Positions 56,081 to 64,000 of a stretch of DNA of 64,000 nucleotides are shown here, piece by piece. The notes under the pieces were generated by a model. It worked only from the letters and a program-made list of their open reading frames with translations. It had not been told where the DNA came from and searched no databases. Source of the stretch: Planctomycetota bacterium (GTDB lineage: Bacteria > Planctomycetota > UBA1135 > UBA2386); the NCBI GenBank assembly GCA_947501605.1, contig CANMWZ010000001.1:32001-96000 (forward strand), read 5' to 3'. A program made the translations under genes and the position numbers. Position 1 is the first letter of the stretch. The number at the start of each line of letters is the position of its first letter.

Positions 56081-58500
56081 CGCCGTTCCTCGCCAGGCGT
56101 CGAGCTTCCTGGCAGGTAGCTGGTGTGGAGTCGCGCATTCGCGGCCATCGCCGCCAGCACATCGGCGCACAGCAAACCCGCCGCATCCGCGCCATGCACT
56201 CGATCGGGAACGGCGTAGACGACGGCGCAGAACGCAAGCTGCACCCCGCTAGCCGACGTTCCCGGCAGGTAGCCCGCGAACCACGCATTGTTGGCGTCCT
56301 TGCCATCGAGGACGATCTCGGCAGTCCCCGTCTTGCCGCGCACGGCGAACGGCAGCAGCCCTTCGATCTTGTCCGCGGTGCCCGACTCGACGCATTGGCG
56401 CAGCCCTGCGCGCACGATCGCGAGTTCGTCCTCGCTGGCAAAAAGCGCGTAGCCAGGGCGCCGCTCCCCAGCCCGCAGCCCAAGGGTCGGCAACACCCCC
56501 GTCGCCAGCGCGGCGTAGCACCGCACCACGGACAGCGGGTTGGCCGCGAGGCTGTAGCCGATGCCGCGCATCTGGATCCACTGGTGCTCCTCCGCCCAAC
56601 GCGGCGCGGGCGCGATCGAGAGCGGCAGTTCTGCGACGCGCGGCTGGAAGCGACCGTCGCCACCACCAATGCCGGCAGGCAGCATGCCGAAGCGCCACAG
56701 CGCACGTCGAAGTCCAGGTTCGCCGAGGGCTTCGGCGACTTGGAAGAAGAAGGTGTTGCACGACTCGGCCAGCGCATCGACGGGGTCCGTGCCCTTGGCC
56801 CAGTGGGCGTGATCGCAACGGTAGATGCGTCCGTCCTTGCCGCGGTACTTCTGGCCGCAGGGTTCGAGCGCAGCGAGATCGGCGTGCGGCAGCCCCTGCC
56901 GGGTGGAGACCAGCTGTTCCAACAGGAACAGTGGCTTCACGATCGATCCCAGCGCCCCGTTGCCCCGCCAACTCAACACCGGCGGAACGATCGGGGTGTC
57001 GCCCACTTTGTGCGGTGCGCCTGCGAGTGCCAATACGTCGCCGCTGTTGGCGTCGGCCAGCACCATGGCGACATCGATGCGCTCTGGGTTGGTGCCGCGT
57101 TCTTGCGCAACCTGCCGCCAATGCACGACGGCGCGCTCGATCTCGGTGTCGAGCAAGCGCTGGAGGTCAAGGTCGATCGACAGCGTGACCGGCGAGCCCG
57201 GCAGCACGCGAAGGCTCGACCACAACATCTGCTCGCGTGCAGCAGCATCGTGCTCGACGAGTCGAAGGCCCGGAGTACCACGCAGGGCATCGTCCAGCAT
57301 GGCTTCGATGCCACTCGTCCCGCGACGCTCGCGCGTGCGCAAGACCTGCGTGTAGCTGCGGGTCGCTTCCTGCTCGAGCGACTTCTGGTATCCGGGGAGC
57401 GGCGTCAGATCCTCGGGGACGAGCGCATCGAGACCGTCCTCGAGGGCGTCATCGACGCGGGCTTCGAGATACCCACTGGGGCCAGGACTCTGGTCCAGCG
57501 CTTTCACGGACCCGAGGATCTGCTGCAAGGTCGGCGGCAGCTCGTTTGGGTGCACGCGCCGCAGCGCCGGCTCCAGCAGGAGACCCGGCTGGTCGGTAGC
57601 CGCCACACGGACAGCCGCCGCCAGTTCGAACGGCAACTCGCGCGCAATTGGCCGCGCCATGCGCTCGAGTAGCTCGCCCATGCGGTCCGTCCCGTCGGGA
57701 AGCTTCCGCTGCGTGCGGCGTTGGTCCAGGCAATCGACGCGGAACTGGTCGAGGCGCTGCAACAGTCCGCTGCGAGTGCTGCGAGCGCTGCCATCGCTGT
57801 CACCAAGTTCCTCTTCGTCCAGGTCACGGATCGATGACGGCTCGCCGCGGCGCGTCGCGTCAGCGCGCTGTAGTTCGCGATCGAGCGCCACGAGGCGTCC
57901 TTGCACGGAAGTGAAGCGACGCATCATTGCTTCGAGATCGTGCCCTGGGAGCGCATTGCCAAGCGCGCAATCAGGATCGACCCTGGCCGTGACCAACAAG
58001 GCCTTCCTGACCTCGTTGCGATTCTGTTCGGTGACTGCGCACACGAGCGTCATGGCCGTGGACTGCAGCGCGCGCCGCTCGTCCTTGGGAAGGTCGCCGT
58101 GCAGCAAGACACCGACTGGTACCGACAACAACAGACGAGCCGCAGCCGCCGGACCCAGCGCACTGCCAAAGTAGCTGAAGCGCACTTCACCGCCGGACAA
58201 CCGCGTGGCCAAGGTCGCACCGTGCACCGCGGCGCCGACAGGGTGGCGCAGGCGAAACCGCTCATAGACGCACTCGAGCTCGAAGGTCGGTTCATCACTG
58301 GCGAGCACCGTGCCGTTGCGGTCATGGAGCGAACCGCGCACCGACGGGATGTCCTTGAACGCCCAGCGATTGCGATAGCTGCGAACCAGCCAGTCTTCGT
58401 GCTGATGGCCCATCACGACGAAGAGGTGCGCGCCAACGACCATCAACGCCAGCAAGTAGACCGCGCCGATGCGGACGAGCCGCGACCCACTCGTGCTCAC
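56077..58500 (-). CDS. mrdA: Class B penicillin-binding protein (PBP2-like), unusually long
   Basis: TM anchor, RGSLHDRNG, GTSGIE, SIDLDLQ; SIVK (SxxK), SCN (SxN), KTGT; 807 aa. Confidence 0.88.
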   Translation of the reverse strand: MSTSGSRLVRIGAVYLLALMVVGAHLFVVMGHQHEDWLVRSYRNRWAFKDIPSVRGSLHDRNGTVLASDEPTFELECVYERFRLRHPVGAAVHGATLATRLSGGEVRFSYFGSALGPAAAARLLLSVPVGVLLHGDLPKDERRALQSTAMTLVCAVTEQNRNEVRKALLVTARVDPDCALGNALPGHDLEAMMRRFTSVQGRLVALDRELQRADATRRGEPSSIRDLDEEELGDSDGSARSTRSGLLQRLDQFRVDCLDQRRTQRKLPDGTDRMGELLERMARPIARELPFELAAAVRVAATDQPGLLLEPALRRVHPNELPPTLQQILGSVKALDQSPGPSGYLEARVDDALEDGLDALVPEDLTPLPGYQKSLEQEATRSYTQVLRTRERRGTSGIEAMLDDALRGTPGLRLVEHDAAAREQMLWSSLRVLPGSPVTLSIDLDLQRLLDTEIERAVVHWRQVAQERGTNPERIDVAMVLADANSGDVLALAGAPHKVGDTPIVPPVLSWRGNGALGSIVKPLFLLEQLVSTRQGLPHADLAALEPCGQKYRGKDGRIYRCDHAHWAKGTDPVDALAESCNTFFFQVAEALGEPGLRRALWRFGMLPAGIGGGDGRFQPRVAELPLSIAPAPRWAEEHQWIQMRGIGYSLAANPLSVVRCYAALATGVLPTLGLRAGERRPGYALFASEDELAIVRAGLRQCVESGTADKIEGLLPFAVRGKTGTAEIVLDGKDANNAWFAGYLPGTSASGVQLAFCAVVYAVPDRVHGADAAGLLCADVLAAMAANARLHTSYLPGSSTPGEERR

Positions 58501-58976
58501 GGCAGCTTCTCCGTCAGGGCGCGCAGTGGCGGCAAGCGCCGCAACGGCCACAACAGCACCGGACCGGCGATCGCCGTGAACAACACGTTGGCAAAGTCGA
58601 GTTGCGCAGACGCCGACGGTTGGTCGAACCACAGGCCACCGAGGCCCGCGAGCTTTGGCACGGCGATCGAGCACATGGCTGCGGCCATCGCTTGCCACCA
58701 CCAGTGGTGACGATCGAACAAGGGCCGCATCGGCAGCAGCAGCGCGATGGGCACGCCGATCACGAGGATCTGCACCGGGATCGAAGCTTCATCGACCATG
58801 GCGCGTCCGACCGCGGCACCGAGCAGCAGTCCGGGCAACAGGCGCACGTCGGCAAACAGCGCGCAGAACATGCACACCAGCGCGCCGCAGTCGAGCAACG
58901 GCACGCCGAACGAGGCCGCGAGACCGGCGAGCAAGAAGGCCTGCGGCGCGAGCACGAACCACACGAGCCAGCGCAT
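58497..58976 (-). CDS. mreD: Probable MreD
   Basis: 159 aa, about 5 TM segments, in the canonical position between mreC and mrdA with overlapping start/stop codons. Confidence 0.65.
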   Translation of the reverse strand: MRWLVWFVLAPQAFLLAGLAASFGVPLLDCGALVCMFCALFADVRLLPGLLLGAAVGRAMVDEASIPVQILVIGVPIALLLPMRPLFDRHHWWWQAMAAAMCSIAVPKLAGLGGLWFDQPSASAQLDFANVLFTAIAGPVLLWPLRRLPPLRALTEKLP

Positions 58977-60310
58977 CAGCGGCCCTCCGTCGACATGCGC
59001 GTGCTGAGCACTTCGACGCGCTGGTTGCCATGCAACGCCGGCACCGTGATGCGCCACGTCTTGCGCGCAAGATCTGGTTCGGCCCGTCCCAGCAACAGAC
59101 CCGGTGGGCAGTCGGCGCCATTGCTGCCGGTGAAGACGAAGCCGCCGCCGCCGCCTTGGAAGCCGCCGCGTTCACGGAACCACGCAGTCGCACCGCTGGC
59201 GTAGACCACCTCGCCGTAGATCCCCAGTGGCGCGAGCTCCGGATCGTCGGGCAGAAGCCACAGCGACCACGCGTGTCGCGACGAAGCGAACGGCGTGCAC
59301 AGGCCCTGTCCGAACGCAACGCTGCGCAACGTGCCAAGGCACACCCCATCCTGCACCACCGCGGCGCCATCGGGCAATGACCGCGAGCCCTGCACGAGCC
59401 AACGGCCGCCGCCCTGGTCAGGCAATGGCCCGGCGCGGGCAGGCAGGCGCTCTGGCTGCAATCGCGTCGGGACACTGCCGGGCACCGATTGCCACAAGAC
59501 GACCTGCGGCAGCGCCCGCGGGTCGTGAACCAGTTCGACGAACAGTCCGATGGTCAGCGTCTCGCCGCCGGTCTCGTAGCCCCACACGCGCGAAGTGCCC
59601 AGCAGGAGCCCAGACGGCATGGCGCCGATCCATGGCGCATCGAGCGCGAGAGTTCGCAGCGGCACGCCACCCTCGGCAAACGCCGCCGCGCGATACGGGT
59701 CGTCGTGCAAGGTCGTGCGCAGCGGCGCCGGGTCCACGATCGACGCTGGGCCGACGACGCATCGCAACGTGCTGCCAGCGGCCAACGGCAGGGACGCCGC
59801 CACCTGGCGGCCGTCTGGGTGGTTCAACAGCAGGACGCGCGCCGGATCGGTCGCGAGGTCGGCAGCGGCGGGTCCGATCCCCGGTTGGGCCAAGAACCCG
59901 AGCAGCACGTCACCGCAGGTGACGAGATCCGCGCAGCCTGCGAGGTCTTGGTAGGTGCGATCCAAGAGCAGTTCGCACGGAACACCGCCGCCGCCGCGGC
60001 GGCTGGCGGTGAGCACCGCGCACGCCATCGGCTCGAGCGCCGCGGGCATCAGCGGTCGCACCCGTTCGACGTCGTTTTGGGTGCTGCGCCGCCGCAGCTC
60101 CGACTCCAACTGTGCGAGTCGTGCGAGGTGCTCGCGGGGCAGTGCATAGGCCGGAGCGCCACCGAGCACCGACAGCGCTCGCTGCGGCAAGCACGCAACG
60201 CCGAGCAGGAACCGCTCCACCGGTCGCAGCACTTCGGGCAGGAGCAGCCAGCACAACGCCAGCAGCAGCGTTGCATACAGCCCCACCGGGAATGCATTGC
60301 GCGTCGTCAT
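58976..60310 (-). CDS. mreC: Divergent MreC-like protein
   Basis: Position after mreB; TM and short helix, then MreC-like motifs (RVLLL..PSGLLLG; GAAVVQDGVCLG..FTGSNGADCPPGLLLG). Confidence 0.62.
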   Translation of the reverse strand: MTTRNAFPVGLYATLLLALCWLLLPEVLRPVERFLLGVACLPQRALSVLGGAPAYALPREHLARLAQLESELRRRSTQNDVERVRPLMPAALEPMACAVLTASRRGGGGVPCELLLDRTYQDLAGCADLVTCGDVLLGFLAQPGIGPAAADLATDPARVLLLNHPDGRQVAASLPLAAGSTLRCVVGPASIVDPAPLRTTLHDDPYRAAAFAEGGVPLRTLALDAPWIGAMPSGLLLGTSRVWGYETGGETLTIGLFVELVHDPRALPQVVLWQSVPGSVPTRLQPERLPARAGPLPDQGGGRWLVQGSRSLPDGAAVVQDGVCLGTLRSVAFGQGLCTPFASSRHAWSLWLLPDDPELAPLGIYGEVVYASGATAWFRERGGFQGGGGGFVFTGSNGADCPPGLLLGRAEPDLARKTWRITVPALHGNQRVEVLSTRMSTEGR

Positions 60311-60352
60311 CAACTGCTACCCGACGACGGCCGCCGCGAACCGCGACCGCCG

Positions 60353-61411
60353 TCAGCCGAGGTCTTCACCACCCTCGAGGAACTGCGAGTAGAGCTCGAG
60401 ATTCTCGAGGAAGATGCCGGTGCCGCGCGCGACGCATTCAAGCGGGCGCTCGGCGACGCGGACGTCGAGACCCGATTCGCGCATGATCATCTCGGGCAAG
60501 CCGCGCAGCAGCGCGCCGCCGCCGCAGAGCACGACACCGCTGTCGACCAAGTCGGACGACAGTTCGGGCGGCGTGCGCTCGAGCACTGACTTGATCGCAC
60601 CGATGACCTTGCGGACCGGATCCATCAGGGCTTCGCGCACGTCGATCGACGTGATCACGGCGCGGCGCGGCAACCCGGTCAGCGAATCGCGCCCGCGAAT
60701 CTCGACTTGGATCTCCTCGTCGAGCGGCACGCAACTGCCGGCCGCGATCTTCAGTCGCTCCGCTGTGATCTCGCCGATCAGCAGGTTGAACTTGCTGCGG
60801 ATGTACTGGGCGATGGCGTCGCTGAAGTCATCGCCGGCGACGCGCAAGCACTCGGCCGTCACGACATTGGCCAGGGAGATGACCGCCACTTCGCTGGTGC
60901 CGCCGCCGATGTCGACGACCATGGTGCCACGTGGCTCGTGTACCGGCAGGCCAGCGCCGATCGCCGCGGCCGTGGGTTCGTCGACGAGGAACACGCGGCG
61001 GGCGCCGGCGCGCTCGGCAGAGCCGATGACGGCGCGCTTCTCCACCATCGTGATGCCCCAGGGCACGGCGATGACGACGCGCGGTGCGATCAGACGCTTG
61101 CCGCCCGCAGCCTTGCGGATGAAGTAGCGCAGCATCTTCTCAGTGATCTCGAAGTCGGCGATGACGCCGCTCTTCATCGGCCGAATCGCCTGGAAGCCCG
61201 GCGGCGTGCGGCCAAGGTACTCGATCGCGGCATCACCGACGGCCATGCCATCGAGCAGCACTTCGTTCGATCCCTTGCGCACAGCGACGACCGAGGGCTC
61301 GTCGAGGACGATGCCGCGATCGCGGACGCTGACCAGGGTATTGGCGGTGCCGAGATCGATACCGAGATCGACCGAGAACCGGCTCGCAAGCCACTCGAAC
61401 GCTTTGACCAT
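60353..61411 (-). CDS. mreB: Rod shape-determining protein MreB
   Basis: GIDLGTANT, EPSVVA, GVIADF, EPTAAAIGAGLP, DIGGGTSE, RTPPEL, GGGALL. Confidence 0.97.
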   Translation of the reverse strand: MVKAFEWLASRFSVDLGIDLGTANTLVSVRDRGIVLDEPSVVAVRKGSNEVLLDGMAVGDAAIEYLGRTPPGFQAIRPMKSGVIADFEITEKMLRYFIRKAAGGKRLIAPRVVIAVPWGITMVEKRAVIGSAERAGARRVFLVDEPTAAAIGAGLPVHEPRGTMVVDIGGGTSEVAVISLANVVTAECLRVAGDDFSDAIAQYIRSKFNLLIGEITAERLKIAAGSCVPLDEEIQVEIRGRDSLTGLPRRAVITSIDVREALMDPVRKVIGAIKSVLERTPPELSSDLVDSGVVLCGGGALLRGLPEMIMRESGLDVRVAERPLECVARGTGIFLENLELYSQFLEGGEDLG

Positions 61412-61784
61412 GAACCCCTCCAGGGGCTCCCCGACTTGACGGTGCAGGGCAGGACCGAAGACCAGCAGAAACACGCCACCAGACCATTGGTGGCGCGAAG
61501 GAACGTAGCGGGGCGCAACTGCGAGTCCACCGCAGTCTTTCCACGTTGCTGGCCCGGGTGTGCAGTCCGTAGGCACGCGGGCATGCAGCGTAGCCGCGGG
61601 TGCCATTCGCCATCGCTGCACGGTTAGCCCTTCGCAACGGTCGGCCGGAATGCAAGCGACCCCGCCCACCGTTGCCGGCGAGCGGGGTCGCATATCCCCG
61701 GCCCGGTTTCCCCGGGCCTCTACTGTGCAACGCGGTCGCCCGCGCGCACGTCGTTCCAAGCTAGGGCCCCCATCTCAGGTAGGC

Positions 61785-61842
61785 CGACTGCCGTTCCATG
61801 ACGACTGCCGTTCCATGACGACTGCCGTTCCATGACGACTGC
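61785..61842. repeat. Tandem repeat, 3.4 x 17 bp CGACTGCCGTTCCATGA
   Basis: Perfect copies at 61785, 61802 and 61819, partial at 61836. Confidence 0.95.
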
Positions 61843-61919
61843 GGTGCAATGCCAACCAGCGATACAAGCCACTCCATCAGGCTGGCGAACCCGAGGGTAG
61901 GCCAACCACAGCAGCAAAC

Positions 61920-61956
61920 CTGCCTCAGAGGTAGGTCTGCCTCAGAGGTAGGTCTG
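61920..61956. repeat. Tandem duplication, 2.2 x 17 bp CTGCCTCAGAGGTAGGT
   Basis: Copies at 61920 and 61937; the unit spans the stop codon of the 54-aa gene. Confidence 0.9.
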
Positions 61957-62106
61957 ATTGGCGAGGTAAACCAGCACGACCGAGCCGACGAGCAGGAAGA
62001 ACGTCGCGAGGACAATGCCCTCGTCGATGCCCAACCCGCCGCTCTCGACCTGCTCCAGCGCTACCTCAGGGGCAGCCGCGTCTTCGTTCTTGTTCTTGCG
62101 TGCCAT
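61942..62106 (-). CDS. Small single-pass membrane protein (54 aa), not in the ORF track
   Basis: AAGGAG RBS; MARKNKNEDAAAPEVALEQVESGGLGIDEGIVLATFFLLVGSVVLVYLANQTYL*; GC3-rich codons; starts 32 bp after the upstream stop. Confidence 0.78.
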   Translation of the reverse strand: MARKNKNEDAAAPEVALEQVESGGLGIDEGIVLATFFLLVGSVVLVYLANQTYL

Positions 62107-62138
62107 GATGTCGCTCCTTGTTGGGTTAGCTCGGCGTC

Positions 62139-62987
62139 TCAGTAGCCCGCGAGGTGGGTCGACGCCTTGTCGCCCATCTTGATCTCGCCCTGCTTGATCT
62201 CGAGACGGCAGAACGCCGCGCGGCGCTCGGCATCGATCGAGGTCACCTTGGCTTCGCCCTTGTAGCCCGAGGCATCGTAGATGGCGAAGCTGTAGCCCGG
62301 CTTGACGGCTTCATCCGAAGCTTCGACCAGGATCGTGCAAAGGTTGCCCGTGACGCTGCTGACGGTGCCAGCCAGGGCCGGGACCGCCATGCTCTCGAGG
62401 AAGCCCTTGGCCTTGGCCACATCGACGAGCAGGCCCAGCCGGCCCTTCTCGGCGCCGGCGTCGGCAAGCTGCAGGTCTTTCTGACCGACCGTTTCGTTGA
62501 GCTCGGCAACCTTCTTCTTCAGGTCGCCATTCTCGGCGACGGCCGAGTCCTTGGCGCGAACTGCGTCGTCCTTGTCCTTGCCGGCAGCGAGCGATGCCTG
62601 GTAGGCCTCGCGAGCCTGCGTGAAGGCGGCGTCGGCGTTGCTCTTGATGCCGCCGATTTCGCTGGCGAGCTTCTTGAGGTCCGCGTCCATGCTCGCGTTC
62701 GAACCCTCGAGGCGCTTGACCTCGTCGCGCGAGATGTCGCGCTCATTGCGAGTCTGACCGAGCTCCTGCTCCAGGGTGCTCTTCGACGTCGTCATCGTCG
62801 ACAGCTCCGAGCGCATGCGCTCGTTGTCGGACGTCATCTGGTTCTTGTAGGAGTTGTATTCAGCCTGGACCTTCTCGGCTTCCGACTTCCAGTGGAACTG
62901 CTTCTGGAGATGCGTGCCCGAGAAGCCAACGAAGGTGCCGGCAAGGATCAGGTTGAGGACGATGAAAACGCGACCAATGGGACTCAT
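62139..62987 (-). CDS. Membrane-anchored coiled-coil protein with C-terminal beta domain
   Basis: AAGGAG RBS; MSPIGRVFIVLNLILAGTF TM; about 170 aa heptad-rich region; C-terminal VKPGYSFAIYD..YKGEAKV..GDKA. Confidence 0.82.
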   Translation of the reverse strand: MSPIGRVFIVLNLILAGTFVGFSGTHLQKQFHWKSEAEKVQAEYNSYKNQMTSDNERMRSELSTMTTSKSTLEQELGQTRNERDISRDEVKRLEGSNASMDADLKKLASEIGGIKSNADAAFTQAREAYQASLAAGKDKDDAVRAKDSAVAENGDLKKKVAELNETVGQKDLQLADAGAEKGRLGLLVDVAKAKGFLESMAVPALAGTVSSVTGNLCTILVEASDEAVKPGYSFAIYDASGYKGEAKVTSIDAERRAAFCRLEIKQGEIKMGDKASTHLAGY

Positions 62988-63177
62988 GGTTACCAGGTTG
63001 CTCCTTGCCAGAGGGCGTCTGGGGGGATCATCCAGACGTCTTGGCTCATACCAGGAAAGGTTTGCGAGGAAGGGGTCTGCAGCGAATCCTTGCGCGGCGA
63101 ACGGACACGAGAGTTGAGGACGCAGCCGCGGCAGAACTGCCGAAGGAGGCGAAATCCTAACTCCATACCCAAAGCCG

Positions 63178-63999
63178 TCAAGAACCACCTCTTGGGTCGC
63201 CGGAGCCTCTTGCGCCGACGGCCGCCGAAAGGAACCTGCGGGACCGCAGAACCTTACCCCACATCAGGGCCAAGTGAGCGAGGACGATGGCGAGCCAAAC
63301 CGCAGCCAGCAAGGACAGCCAGCGATGGCTCCATGCCATCGGCGAGAGCCTGCCCGTGCCGAGCGGCAAATCGACACGAAGAACGCGCGCAGCGGGCTGC
63401 GGCGCCGGCGCCGGCGCGAGGGTTGCGAGTACGGACCCATCGCCGTCGACCGCCATCGAAAGACCATCGCTGGTGCACCGCACAATCGGCGTCTCCGTGG
63501 CGATGGCCAGCAGCACCGTGATCGCGACGAGCTGTTCGCGCTCGGCCCCGCCGCGGTACCAGGCCTCGTTGGAAAGCACGGCGAGGAACTGGGCACCAGC
63601 GCCGACGGCGTCGGCCACCACTTCTGGGAACGCGTTGTCGTAGCAGATCAGGCCAGCGAAACCGAAGCCCGGCTCGCGGCTGCCGTTGGTCGGCTCCAAT
63701 CGCAGCGGCGGCAACGCTCGTCCCGGGCGCGCATCGGGGATGCCGACGTTGGTCGCGGCAAAGTCGCGCACAGCGGCCGCGAGCCCTGCGGGCAGCCAGT
63801 CGACCAACGGCAGGGACTCGCCGCCCGGCACCAAGCGCTGCTTCTCGTGATGGCCGAGGTAGCGGCCATCGGCATCCACCAGCACCGCCGCGGGCGTAAA
63901 CCCTCCCTCCCGATGTTCGATCGCGGCGCCAAGGAGCACCCTCACCGACGGCTGCAGCGCGAACGCGCCGCGCATGGCTTCGAACGAGGGTTCGCCATC
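63178..63999 (-). CDS. lnt: Apolipoprotein N-acyltransferase (5'-truncated by window edge)
   Basis: KQRLVPGGE, GLICYDNAFP (catalytic Cys), LSNEAWY, C-terminal TM. Confidence 0.88.
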   Translation of the reverse strand, partial: DGEPSFEAMRGAFALQPSVRVLLGAAIEHREGGFTPAAVLVDADGRYLGHHEKQRLVPGGESLPLVDWLPAGLAAAVRDFAATNVGIPDARPGRALPPLRLEPTNGSREPGFGFAGLICYDNAFPEVVADAVGAGAQFLAVLSNEAWYRGGAEREQLVAITVLLAIATETPIVRCTSDGLSMAVDGDGSVLATLAPAPAPQPAARVLRVDLPLGTGRLSPMAWSHRWLSLLAAVWLAIVLAHLALMWGKVLRSRRFLSAAVGARGSGDPRGGS

Positions 64000-64000
64000 G

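Noticed and set aside
62139..62987. SMC chromosome-partition protein
   Set aside because: Only 282 aa, has a TM anchor and no Walker motifs; the similarity is generic coiled coil

Overview
High-GC, gene-dense bacterial chromosomal segment with about 57 CDS and one tRNA-Leu(TAA). Gene content (DUF1501 protein, Planctomycete-type ECF sigma factor, many lipoproteins, PPC-repeat secreted protein) suggests Planctomycetota, probably an uncultivated lineage; this is inference. No CRISPR array, integrase, transposase or prophage was seen. Recognisable modules: marR-(doxX remnant)-pirin; TPR lipoprotein-rnpA-yidD; a cluster of GT-C/YfhO-like membrane glycosyltransferases; fadE; an MrfA/MrfB-like helicase-exonuclease pair; ECF sigma/anti-sigma next to YHS and double-thioredoxin proteins; and a complete mreB-mreC-mreD-mrdA-rodA elongasome. 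The elongasome has an apparently duplicated MreC and is preceded by lnt, a coiled-coil membrane protein and a 54-aa membrane protein missing from the ORF track. The best candidate for an undescribed system is 41.6-53.4 kb: a periplasmic binding protein, a histidine kinase, a cytochrome c lipoprotein and a sigma-54 activator, followed by a -24/-12 promoter match. That promoter precedes an operon encoding a CX5R phosphatase-cytochrome c' fusion lipoprotein, an atypical FbpA/AfuA-like ABC importer, a pentaheme cytochrome c and a HEAT-repeat lipoprotein. All family calls come from motif recognition by eye; no database searches were run.
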